Below are positions 51,816 through 64,000 of a DNA stretch of 64,000 nt, one piece after another (position 1 is the first letter of the stretch; each line of letters begins with the position of its first letter). The notes below the pieces were generated by a model. It was not told where the DNA came from. It worked only from the letters and a program-made list of their open reading frames with translations, and did not search any database. Origin of the DNA: Adineta vaga (Eukaryota > Animalia > Rotifera); assembly GCA_021613535.1 (NCBI GenBank), contig CP075494.1, positions 6,076,001 through 6,140,000 on the forward strand, read 5' to 3'. A program made the position numbers and the translations under genes.

Positions 51816-51983
51816 GTATTTCAATCAACTTTCAAAAGACTTCTATTCGTAGTGCTTTAGTTCATCATCGAATTTAATTCTATCAATGTAATCAAGTCTT
51901 ATGTATTAGTTATGTAATGAGAGAGACAAAATCCGATTTCCTATGACTATATGATTTAATAAATAATAGAAGGGTTTTCTTTG

Positions 51984-52811
51984 TCAACTGTGCAATGTCA
52001 ATGGATAGAAAGTAGTAATAGTTAATCTTCTCGGTGGTCGTCGAATAACAATCGATGCATCTTCGCACATTCGAGATCGATTTAATAATCGTTCATTTAC
52101 TGTTAAAGTAGGGAGTATATTATTCATTCGGGGAGTATTTATGATTGGAATTTGGATTGATGATTTGACCGGTAGTGGTGGTGGTGGTGGTGGTAGCGGC
52201 TTGAATCGTTCAGATGGTAACAATTCATTTGATCGTAAATGACGAACAATAGTCGGTACTAAAATATTCATAAATAGAAAAATGAAACCAGTAAATAAAA
52301 ACAAGCAACATTACATATTGGTTTTCTTCGATAATGAATTGTTGGTTTTTCGATATGAACAGTATTAAATGATATCAATTTAGGACAACATTCTTCTTCG
52401 GTTGTTAGACTTTCTTTTACTTGCTCGAATGCAGGTAATGGTAATTGATATGAATCTTTCGTCATCGATTTCTGTGTTTTTTCTCGAATAAAAAGTTGAC
52501 TATATTCTGTATTCCATGAATGATAATAAGACGGTGGATTAAATATTTTATGTCCCATAGTAACAGATCGTTTGCCTGTATATTTCGAATGACGACGACA
52601 TGGAGCATGTGGTACCCTAAGAAACAAGAAAGAATATTCATATCAATGAAAGATTATCAGATGAAGAAATCAAACAATACCCTGAATGTTTAGTACTATG
52701 ATGAGTATCAGCTACGCTAGTTTCTATCGAAATAACAGGATGAGATCGTTTTGCAGAAGACGGTCTTCTGGACAATCTGCGTTGATGCAAGATTTCAGAT
52801 TCATTCGACAT
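51984..52811 (-). CDS. Uncharacterised Pro/Ser/Arg-rich protein (3 exons)
   Basis: Three ORF segments joined in frame by GT-AG introns; polyproline tract; no known domain. Confidence 0.55.
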
Positions 52812-53475
52812 GACGTACTGTTATGAGTGATAATGGAAAACAGTGTGATATTTTTCTATTTTTTTGTTTTTATATTAAGTGTGTGAAAAAAAAGTTCTGA
52901 TATTTTTTCATTTTCATCCATAATGAATGAGAAAGAGCACTTTTCTATTCTTTTTTTTCTTCTTCTTCTTCTTCTTCAGTCGTATTTCATCACCACTTGA
53001 CGTACAAGTGATGATGTTAAATAATAAATAGTAGATCGTTTTTTTTTCTTGAAAAGAAAATATTCAAATGTGACCGTTCTGTTATTTTAATTACCCTTTC
53101 AAATTACAAAAAAAAATGTACGTTTTACAAAGATTTGTAACGAAAATGTATGCTTTTGTACTGACATATAACAACTAATTTTGTCCGCATTTTACAGTAC
53201 AAAGTATTTGTTATGAATTCAATGAGAAACGTCTTTTTTCTCATTACAATTTCAAGTATTCTTTTTCTTACAATGCCGAAGATTGCGAACGAGTATCTTC
53301 TATCGCTATGATAAAGAACATATTGTCTGTTCTGAATGTGAATTAAATTTATTCACTTAATTGATGTGCGTTCACCTCATCAATTAATGTCGATGCTTAA
53401 TTGATGTGATCGCGTTAACTCATATGATTCTATATAATATGCAATCATAAACAAGTATGAAGACTATCATTAAGA

Positions 53476-53811
53476 ATGTCTTCAGCCAAACAACTTGCTG
53501 TCACCGACATCATCGAACAACACAAGGAACAATATCTGGAATTAATTTTCAAACAAAAATTGGAAGCACTCGATCGATATAAACAACAATCTCAGGTATA
53601 TATTTCTCTTTCACCTAGAATAGAAGAGGAATTATTTAGGTAAGTCAATGGAAATCTTGATAAAAATATGATATTTCTACTTTTATTTATCTACTTTCCT
53701 AGTCTTTCTAAACAACCAATATGTAAACCGGAAAAAATCAATATCAACGATGTAACACGAATGACAGATGATGATTTTCTTCTCGCAGAACTCAATGGTC
53801 ATTTTCAATAG
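53476..53811 (+). CDS. Possible small uncharacterised protein (2 exons)
   Basis: MSSAKQLAVTDIIEQ...ELF joined in frame across gtaagt...ctag (~53640-53702) to ...LNGHFQ*; AATAAA downstream. Confidence 0.4.
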
Positions 53812-53919
53812 GAATTTCTTACTATATTTCATTTTTGTAAATAAAATTTAACGCGCTTTGTATTATTAATAAAAGTTCAGTCTTCATTTGAAAAAATTCT
53901 TCTAAATTAATTTACTCTT

Positions 53920-55340
53920 ATGCTCATAATCGAATTATTTTTTCTTTCGTATCTTTCGTTCGTTTCTAGTCAACGATATTATGCTTTTGTTGAGACATTA
54001 TTTGTCATTGATCAAAACTATTTTCCTCGATTATCACAGATTTACTATGAAGAATATGTTCGTACCATTGTTGATACAGCAAATATAGTAAATCGAGAGA
54101 ATCTATTAATAATAGAACTAATTCTATTCTAGATATTTCAATCAGAAAATGATCTTGATGTGAAAATTGAAATCATCATTTCAAGAATAGTTTATTTAAA
54201 TATCGTTCAATCCGTATCACAGGAACCATATGTATATGAATCCATTCTTCGAGAAAGAGTCGATGATTATAATAGATATGATTCAATTGTACTTCTCTGG
54301 TATCAACCATGGGAAGGACCGTATGGTGCTCAAGGTTATGCAATGGTGAAAGGAGTCTGTCATCCAAGTTATAGTTTGTTTGAAAAATCTTTCTTTGATG
54401 GAATATAAGAGAAATCGTTTGATAGAAATTATGTATGTACTTCCATATCAAAATGCGGCATTTTATCTGGCACATGAATTTGGCCATCAACTTGGACTTG
54501 TTCATCAAGTTGATACATCTTGTTATACAAATTCATATATGTCCGTGATGACGAAATCACATACGGCTTCATATGAACAAGCACGATGGACAAAATGTGA
54601 AAATGATTGGATTAATAATCATATATGTGACTTTGAATGTCTTTTCAATAAACCAGATGGTTATCAACTAATTAAAAAGAAATTTTCGACAATGCCGGGA
54701 AAACGTATGAATAATGATCAACAAGCAAAAATGATTGAACCCAATGAGCAAAGTATGGGGGAAGTATCAACATTTACATATATGGCAACAGATACAAAGA
54801 GTCGATGTTTATATTTTCGATACTATACTGGAGGATTCAATGGAGGTTAGTTGTTTAATGAAGTTTTCTGTGAGAAGAAAAAAAGTGAATATTCTAGAAA
54901 ATAAATATGCATTTACTCCCATGTTACCAGGTTCAGAATGTGGTATCAATTCAATATGTTATCGTGATCAATGTGTATCAATGGATGATCTCGATGCATC
55001 ATTAATTCAGACGGACTATGAAACAGATATACTTGATTTACGTACACATTGTAGTTCAGGTAATAATCCTGCTGATTTGAAAGCGAGTAATCATGATTCA
55101 CATGTAAATATTGAATGTATCAATTGGGAAAATGATTTTTTATGTGATCAATCAAAAACATGTCCGAAAAGTGATGATTCAAGTACTCTTGCACTTTACA
55201 TAAATCATGTATGTTGTGCAAAATGTTCTTCGAACCCCAATAGCGTTTTCGCGATGATTAGTCACGCGAGAAATGATTCAATATATTCTCTACTAACATT
55301 GTTCATTTCAATTCTTGTTTGTCTATATTTTCTAAAATAA
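53920..55340 (+). CDS. Reprolysin/ADAMTS-like (M12B) zinc metalloprotease with Cys-rich and PLAC-like domains and hydrophobic C-tail
   Basis: Signal peptide; VETLFVID; GYAMVKGVC; HEFGHQLGLVH; Met-turn SVM; WTKC..ECLFNKP; GSECG..C..QCV; CC.KC; hydrophobic C-terminus. Confidence 0.85.
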
Positions 55341-56371
55341 AAGTACCAATCGAGTGAATCTCATTTTTCACGAGCTGACTAATGATATGGTTACGTGAAG
55401 CAGGAAAACTAAAGATTGTCATAATATAATGTGAGAAAGTCATTGAATTTCTGATATAAAAACATGTTTTATATTATCTAATCTATTAGATCAACGGTAC
55501 TAAATGAAAATAAAATATTGAAATATGATTATATGTATGGGACACAACAAAAAATGAACCTTCATTAATATCAAAACTATGATCTTCTAAAGCCTTGTAG
55601 ATCAAATAGACGACAAAGAAAAAAAAACAGATTTTATCAGAATAGATATGATTGATCAAATGACTATATTTCTTCGTTGAAAATTGATCTGAAAACATCG
55701 AAGTCTCATATCTATAAAAGATACATTTTTATGCAATATGTCCTTCGATAGATCGTCAAGTATTCTAATAACAAAAAACAACAAGCTGATCATAGTTGTA
55801 GACAATAAATGAAAGTTTTCTAACAAATAGAAATGTTCTTGTTATGTCTACGCTTGTTCATGAACAATAACGAAGAACATTTATTGTTTTCTTGATGTAC
55901 AAGAAAAAAAAACTTATTTGACAATACATTTCTTTCCAAGGAAAAGAACTTTTGATGGTCTTTTGTTCCCTATTGAAATAGCAATGAGAGAAAAACAAAT
56001 GATTGCATTCATCGACGTTGAGAATTATTTCGAGAAAAAAAGAATGCCCTTGATTACATCAATAGGTAATATGCAAGTGCCATTTTGTTGTTTTGACATC
56101 GATATCAAATATATTATCAATCATATCTTATTCGAGGAAAAGAGCAAGAAATGAAAATTACACACCCGACTACACATCTGATAACATAGAGAGAGAGACA
56201 TTAGCAGCCTTCTACTCTATTGAATATAAAAGTCTGAATTATGTAACGCGCATTTCTTTCGTTAGACAGATGTGTTTTCTGACACATTGTCAAAAGAACA
56301 AAATAAATTTGATTTCGTTAGGGATATTATATACAGCGATTTTTTTTAAAAATAATTTCAGATAGCAAATA

Positions 56372-58591
56372 ATGGCATATGAACGATCATCATCATTGTA
56401 TCGCAGTAAATCCGGAGAAGGTAAGAAAACATCTTTCGTTCAGTCATGATCTTTCGCACATAATCTTTTTTTATACGTATTTTCAGACGGTTATGGTTTT
56501 GGTTTGAATAATACTTCATTCACTAGTACGAATGGAAACAATTATTCAAAATATGACGGAATGCCAGCAACGTATGGATTTGGAGGAGGTGATATGTTTA
56601 TGAGTAGTTATAATACAAATGATTATGTAAATGGAAATAATGGAACAACATTTACTTTCAATGGAAATAGTGGAACACTTTTAAACGGTAACAATGCTTT
56701 ACAATTTCAATTTAATGGAAATCCTGACACACTTCTGAACGGTGCCAATACTCTTGCATTTCATTTTACGGGCAATCCAGATACATTTCTAAACAGTAGC
56801 AATGCTCCAACACTTCCCAACACTAATAATGCTATTGCTCTTCGTAATGGTGGCAATAGTGATAGCTTTCTAAATGCTTGCAGTAACTTGCTATTTTCAA
56901 ATGGAAATAGTAATGATGGATTTTTCGGCAATAATAACAGTACAACATTTGCCAATAGTAATAGTGCCCCAATGTTTTCCAATGGTAATAGCAATTCAAT
57001 GTTTTCTAATGATATTAACAATACCACATTTTCTAATGTTAACAATAATGATACATTTTTAAATGGTGGTCCAGTTGAACAAACTTTAAATAATTCAAAT
57101 GTTGATTCCTTTTCAAGTATTGGTTCTCGTGAACAATTTTTAAATGGCATTCATACAGAAATATTTCTTAATGAGAATAATGGAAATATTTCTAAACGAG
57201 ACTCTCAATTACCAGCATTGTCAAATACTATTGAACCCCAAGGATTTATTGGAGCACCATTTACTAACAATAATGATTATGGTACAACTACAACCACAGA
57301 AAAACCAACATCAACAACAACGAATTATCCAACAGATAGTCAAGGTCTTTTTCAAGATCCTAGCCCACAATTAATTCGTCGACCAGCATTAGGAGCTCCA
57401 CAAGTATATACTCAACGAGTTATTGTGAAATTTCTTCAACCACCACCGATACAAGCATCGGGTGTAAGTATAACAAAAAAGCAAAAAAAAATTAACTCAT
57501 ATATTTGTTTTATTTTTAGCCACTTATTATTAAAGAAGTTCGTGCACCACAACCACCACCACCTCCTCCACTATTCATTCGTAAGTCAACTTTATTTTCT
57601 CATAAAGAACCTATTGTACTAGACAATTTTTCTTTTAGGACAACGTCCACCACCACCACCAATGTTACCACCATTGATTATACGTGAAGCTCCACCTAAA
57701 CTACCACCTTTAGGTCCACAAAGTAAGATATTTTGTAAAAAACAGAATTGAAAAAAGAGAATCAAAACTTGTATAGTAATCACTAAAATGCTTCCACCAT
57801 TACCTGTACCACCACGTTCTGTAATTATCGAACGTTTACCACCTCTTCCACCTAGACCACGTGATGTTATCGTTGAACGTTGGTTACCATATCGAACATT
57901 ACAAAAACGCCGTGTAATTATTCAACGAGCACCACCTGCTGTTATTCCAAAACCACGTAACATTATTATTTAGTATGTCGAACAAAAATATGCGAAATAA
58001 ATGATTTTTCTACTATGATAATTTGTCTTTTTTTAGTTATGAACCAGCTAAAGCTCAAATTGTTCGTCGATTCCAAAATCTTGGTATAGCACCTGCTAAT
58101 CCAGATGAATATGTTGCACGTTATGGTGCACAATTAGAAGATGCTCAAACTCTTGTTTCACATGCTCGACAAGCTGGTGTTGTAGAAGATATTGTAGGAC
58201 ACCTTCCTTTTTTTTCACGAAATAGTTGAAAAAAATGATTTGATTTTTTTTTGCTTAGTCACCGCCTATTAGTATGCGGACAAGTTTGCAATCATCTACT
58301 GGTGAAACCGGTGAAACAAGTGATGGTGCACTTAGTACTATTGGCAATGATTTGAGCGAAGGAAATTCACTTGCTGGTGCTGGTTTTGAAATGGTCAATA
58401 GTAATGTTGGTGGAGTTGGTTCAAGTACTTATGATTCGATTTCAACCAATAATACACTTGGTCGTACAAGTGGCTCCGCTGGTGATTTGGAATCATCATT
58501 TGGTAGTTTTGGTTTTGCTGATAATGCCAGTGGTTTTGGGGCTGCTAATAACTATTTCGATTCTTATTCATCTCAACATTCTTATAGTTAA
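56372..58591 (+). CDS. Pro-rich family protein with N-terminal Asn/Gly/Phe nonapeptide repeats
   Basis: QDPSPQLIRRP..YTQRVIVKFLQPP, PLIIKEVR, PPRSVIIERLPP, RDVIVERWLPY, ANPDEYVARYG. Inference: this domain is an expanded rotifer family. Confidence 0.8.
56591..57184 (+). repeat. Coding degenerate 27-nt tandem repeat (22 x 9 aa)
   Basis: Translation parses without gaps into 9-mers with a hydrophobic residue at position 3 and usually Asn at position 5. Confidence 0.8.
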
Positions 58592-59049
58592 TAGGACAGT
58601 TTCATATTTTGTTCTTATCTTCTTCTTTTTACTAACTTTTAACTTTATTTATTGATATTTTTTCAAATAAAAGAAACGTTGAAGTTCTTTTCAATGAATT
58701 ATATGTCAAATGACACCACCTACCAATAGTAATAATTTATTTGTTTATTATGTAAACGAAATGAACCAATTGAATATCTTACACAAAACGAATCTTTAAA
58801 GAAAAACAACAACTTTCTTTTTCTTTTCTCTCATTTAAATAATATGTTTTTCATTTATGTATCTGTTCATTACCAATATGATCAAATGACATTCACACAT
58901 CATGCATGTAATATTTCGATGGTCATTATATGTATAACGAAGGTTATTACTAAATTAAGATCTTGATGATATTCGAGAGAAAGAATAAAAATACGTAAAC
59001 AAAATGATTTAAATATATTGAATATTTCAGATGTATGAACAAAATCGTT

Positions 59050-62000
59050 ATGGATGAAAAGAAATTACAAAGTATTATCGTTTTAATTCGTTTCTTCTTC
59101 TAGCTAATATTGTTTTTTATGTAATAGAACTTCTACGAAAAGCACAACGAGTTCGTCAATTGAACATCGAAACGAATTCGAAACAAAAAATTGATATCTA
59201 TCATGAAGCAGCTGAAGCATGTCGATCGATTGGTAAACTTTCTGTTCAATTCACTAGAACGAAAGAAAAAAAGACGATAGTCTTTATTTTAGGTGATTAT
59301 GATCAAGCAATTATCTATTTTAATCTTGAATTACATGAATCAGTATTAGCAAATTTATCTGATGATATTCTATATTGTCATCGTTTTCTTGGCGAATGTT
59401 ATCTATATAAAAATAGTTTTCATACAAGTGAAAAATATCAGTTAAATTTCTTATCATTATCTAAAATCTATGGAAATAATGAACGAATTGAACAAGCATA
59501 TACATGTTTATCAAATACATATTGGTTATGGTTGAGTTATATACAAGATGATATTTTGTATGATATAGAAAATGATCCATTACCACATCGTTTATGTAAA
59601 CAAAGTTTAGAAGCAGCAGAGAATAGTTTATCTGTTATTGATAAACTTGATTGGCAATTAGAAAATGAAATAAGAGAAAAACGTTTAGTTAAAATGAAAA
59701 ATATCGAAGAAAAACAACAAGATTTTGCTTTAAGACGTGTTAGAAGTTATATTAATATCGGTATGTATTTCCATAAAATTTTGTTGTTTTTTTTGCAAAT
59801 ATAAAACTTTCGATTTCTTTAGCTAATGCTTTATGTGAAATATACATCAATGATAATACAGATAATGAAAGTCTAAAATCCTTTAGTCAATATATAAAAA
59901 AAGCTGTTGAACTAGCAAAGTATACCAACTAATTTGTCATCATCAAAAAAATATTTCTTGATGTTTCTTTCTTCTTATTAGAAAATATCATCTATATCAA
60001 GAATTAGCACGTTTACATTCATCATTATCATGTTTTTATTTAAGTGTACCAAATTATTTACAATATAAAAAAGAAATTCTTGCTACCATGCAACAAGCAA
60101 TACATTATTCACGTTTAACTAAAAACGCACATGATTATCTCTCATGTTTATATGATATTGCTCAAGTAAGATTATCTAACATACAAACAACGATAAAAAA
60201 TGCCTTTTTTTTTAGACATTGGTTTCATTTGATGATTATGAAAATGCGAAAATGTATCTCTTGAAAATCTATCAATACAAAAATACTGATAGTCCTATTA
60301 AAGAAAAGGCAATGCAAGATTTAGCAAATGGTAAATGCTATTGATTGTTTGTTCTATTGATAAGATTTATCTTATGAAAACATTTCAGTTCAACGAATTC
60401 TTACCGGTCTTGAAGATCGATATGAAAAAGAAGTTAATCTACGAAAGAAAATGTCTCTTGCAGAAAAATGTGCAGATACATTTTCTAGTCTATGTCGAAA
60501 TGAACAAAGTAAACATTATTATCTAAAACAAGTAAAGTTGTCTTGAAAATTGTGGGAAAAAAAAGAAGAAAATTAAACTTTTTTTTATTCGATAGTTAAA
60601 ACATGCTCAAGAATTAGATTTAGATGAAGAACAAATGGCAACGATCTATTCATCACTGGGTAGTATCTGTCAAGATTTAAAAGAATGGCAATTGAGTATT
60701 GATTACTTTCGACGTGAAATGAGTTGTCGAATTGGTTTCAATGTGAATGCTGATATAGAAGTATCGATCTATTATGATATTTTTTTAGAAATAGTTTTAG
60801 AATGAATTTCTCTTTTCTAGCAAGGTTATTCATTATGTGAAATTATTAAATGTCAATATCGTTTAAAACTTGATCTTCAAACACGAATAAATACTTTTCA
60901 ACGTGTATTAACAATAGCTCGATCAACAAATAATAAAAGTTTAATTGTAAAAAACGAATTATTTAATTGCCTTGTTTTGCAATTCATTCTTATTTCAAAT
61001 AGAGAATGGCAATTGCTTTAGTCTTTGCAATGAAATTACGTGATTCTAATATACATTTAAATGATGATTTAGAAACATTTATGATCAATATTCAACCACC
61101 GATAAACGAAGAAAATTACAGTGATATTTTACGATGTTCAGAACGTTGTGCAAATGAATTAATTCCATCCGAGACTGATCAATTAGAAGATGAAAATTCG
61201 ACATTAGTAAGTGAATAGAATCATATTTTCGATACTTTAAATTTAATTAATTCTTGGTTGTTCTTTTTTCCTAGAACAATATTTGTTATTCTAAAACTCG
61301 TTTACATTTAGCATGTAAAGAAAAAGTCGGTTTGAAAAAAGTTATTCAATTGATTACTGAAGGCGTAATAACAATGCATTATTTTTAAAAGAAATAAATC
61401 ATTTCTATTCCATTTAGGACGATATCAATCTATTCGATAGTTTGGGCTGGACACCTTTACATATAGCAATTGATCATGAATGTATTGATATTGTTCGATA
61501 TCTTTTGGATCGAAAAGCAAATATAAATACAAAGACAAATAATGGTATAACACCAATGATTATTGCATGTCATCGAGGTTATTTCGATATTATTGAAATT
61601 TTATTAACCTATGGTGCACGAATTGATCTTCGTACAAATAATGTTTGATAGACTTATGATTTTAATGTATTGATTGATTTGTATATATTTGTATAGGGTT
61701 ATACCGCTGTTGATTATTTATTGGATTGTGATAAAAATATGTCGTTAATTGATCAAAGAAAATTCAATCGTTTGAAAGAATTACTTTTAATTGCAATGAA
61801 AAGTTTGTTGATGTTAAAGAATATTTGTAAAATAATGTCAATAATTATTGTCTAGAAGATGAGCCGATGTATTGTATTCAATCCATTGTTCGAAGTGATT
61901 TTGATGATAAACAAATGTTTGATTCTTAGATTTTTTAAAGTGAATTGAAACGAATTGTTTGATTTTTTAAGGATATTAACCAATATTAATCATTCAATTC

Positions 62001-63402
62001 CGTATAAAACTAATCGAACAGATGGTAATATGATTACAAATAAACGTGTACGTTAAATTTATGAAATAAAAGATAAAATTCACGTTTTCAAATGTTTAGT
62101 TACGTCAAAATAATAAAAAGAACAAATTTTCGATTGTTAAACATGAGAAATGGGATTATGATGATGACAGTTATATTATGAATGATTTTCAGACAATTGA
62201 AACCATTTCAAAACCACAGAGAGAACAATTACAATCACCTTCATATACTCCTGCACAAAAACGACGATGTTCAACAATTGATAATGATCTTTCATCATCA
62301 GATGATATCGAAATTCTAAATATCGATGATTTAGATTTTGTTACACCATTTCAAAAGGATCAATCAATTTCATCTCTACAACTAATTACACCAAAATCAA
62401 CTACTCGATCTCGACGTCCATCAGTAGCATCATCTATAAATACACCTATTATTCTTTCACCGCCGATTTCGTATGAAACAAATACAAGAATTATTCGATG
62501 TATAGCTAACATAGCCAATCCAATAGATGAAGACAAAAAATTACGAATACCAATGTAAGAGAGAGAACAAAACAATCTGTCGATTGAAAATTTTAAGTTG
62601 TTCTTTTAGTTCATCAACCGAAACGATCACTACTCTTCGTTATCAAGTGTTAAAACGTTTGTATGACAATTATAATATTTATGCTTGTTTTGTGATACTC
62701 TATGATAAACAAGATTGGGAATTAGGAATGTCGGAAAGTGATACAATTCAACTAGCTATTCCAGTTGATGAATCAGATGTAAGTTGTAAATAAAAGATTA
62801 TTTTTTTATTATTAAACTAAGAGATTTTAATTCGTAATAGATTCGAGCAATTTATATTGAAAAAGATCCAATAATGATATACGAACAGATTTGTAAAGAA
62901 CAATGTTTAGTTGTTTATTCAAATATTCGATTAGTATTAAAGAAGTTTTTCGAAAAACTTGAATTATCTCTTCAACGATTAAGTTTAAAAGTCGATCAAA
63001 CAATTAATATATTAAAAGTTTTCGAAAATTTTATGTTTATCTACTCAATTAATCTTTCAGGTAATTGTTCTATTTTGATTTCATATTTTTTTATTTGATT
63101 TTGTCTTCTATATTAAAGAAAATCATCTAACAGATGAAATATTTGATCAATTAGAAAAATTAACATTAAATCAAACAAAAACATTAAATTTATCAAAAAA
63201 TAAATTTACATCCAATGGTATTCGAACATTATTCGAACGAAAAATCATGGTAAAACTAGTAGAGATTCGAATTATTGATCGAGTTTTCTTTTCTATTTAG
63301 AATAATTTAGTTGTACTCGATTTAACGGGTAATATCGATATTGATTGTATCACAATATTATTTCTTCGAACTCATTTTCCGAATATGACTGTTTATCATT
63401 AA
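59050..63402 (+). CDS. TONSL: Tonsoku-like protein (TPR - ankyrin - Ubl-like - LRR)
   Basis: N-terminal TPRs (CHRFLGECY, RIEQAY..LSNTY, RSYINI); ankyrins GWTPLH/GITPM; IYEQICKEQ then LRRs (NLSGN, NLSKN, DLTGN). Domain order matches TONSL. Confidence 0.72.
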
Positions 63403-63716
63403 GTAGAATGAATGTTTTTCAAAGATATGTGAAAGAGAGATTTAACATTGATTTTCAATGTTTTTATTTCATTAAATAGATTTTTTTTCCTACTCAAATT
63501 CATCATAATAGTTACTGCAAGACATTGAATTCGATTGGGCGGAAATGAAGAATGTACGAACAATGAGATACATTACATTTTGCCAGAAGTCATATTATAC
63601 AAAAAGAAAACCCATTAAATGTTCGAAAAGAGTAATAGCCATAGCCTTCTTTCATTTCTTAATATTATTAACAATAGAATAGAAGCAATTCTTTTTATTC
63701 CATAAAATTTCAAATC

Positions 63717-64000
63717 ATGACTGAGACAAATGTTAATACAGTTTCAACAGAAACATCTGCTGATGTTCCAACACTGGAAAAACATAATTCAAAAGCACAT
63801 GTTTTCATCCGACGTGGTTCGATCTATCCTGGTATTGGAAGTAGTTTCAATGCTAATATGTTCGCTGCTCGAATGCATCGTCTATCCACACGTAGTTCTA
63901 TTCCTCGTTCGGGCTATGATCGTCGTAATATTCGATATGAAAATTCGTATCAAATGGAACCCGATCAAAGTCATAAAGTTGATATGGATCAATTACGTCG
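63717..64000 (+). CDS. Tctex1 domain-containing dynein light chain, 5' part (runs off window)
   Basis: Low-complexity N-terminus followed by RYENSYQMEP, typical of the ENTY..P lead-in to Tctex1 domains. Confidence 0.65.
   Translation, partial: MTETNVNTVSTETSADVPTLEKHNSKAHVFIRRGSIYPGIGSSFNANMFAARMHRLSTRSSIPRSGYDRRNIRYENSYQMEPDQSHKVDMDQLR

Noticed and set aside
53357-53408. 10-bp inverted repeat TTAATTGATG/CATCAATTAA plus a direct copy
   Set aside because: Too short and AT-rich to call a MITE or RNA gene; no target-site duplication evident.
56761-57150. 129-aa antisense ORF with Leu-rich periodicity
   Set aside because: Shadow of the Asn-rich repeat on the plus strand; no independent gene signals.
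3338-63402. Co-location of CDK1, PARI, a PARP and TONSL as a DNA-repair cluster
   Set aside because: Spread over 60 kb among unrelated genes; no evidence beyond chance without an enrichment test.
1-64000. Transposons, CRISPR arrays, rRNA, SL RNA or snRNA genes
   Set aside because: No transposase or RT ORFs, long terminal repeats, regular spacer arrays or recognisable RNA gene motifs were seen by eye; short degenerate elements could be missed.

Overview
Eukaryotic (animal) genomic DNA: very AT-rich and gene-dense, with many ~50-70 nt GT-AG introns and strong CGT/CGA Arg codon use. These traits, a Pro-rich gene family and an intronless bacterial-type peptidase point to a bdelloid rotifer (Adineta-like); the taxon call is inference. 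The ORF track mostly shows exon fragments, so gene models were assembled by eye across splice sites, and feature coordinates are gene spans from start codon to stop codon, introns included. About 26 protein-coding genes and one tRNA-Leu(TAA) are present: tandem-repeat galectin, conodipine-like PLA2 homologue, CDK1, actinobacterial-type serine peptidase (HGT candidate), PARI/PARPBP, ATP6AP1, RPL26, NIM1K, a claudin-like tetraspan with four LDLa repeats, two tandem DDX6 copies, DRC10/IQCD with a nested antisense STEAP-like gene, UNC80, a tetraspanin, a zinc-finger mono-ADP-ribosyltransferase, SUGT1, AMDHD1, a prodomain-less ADAMTS-like protease, a Pro-rich protein with 22 gap-free nonapeptide repeats, TONSL-like, a partial Tctex1-domain gene and several orphans. 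I recognised no transposon or rRNA. Best leads: the nonapeptide-repeat (possible beta-solenoid) protein, the LDLa-claudin fusion, the exon-pair-built ZnF-PARP, an operon-like ATP6AP1-PARI junction and the HGT peptidase.
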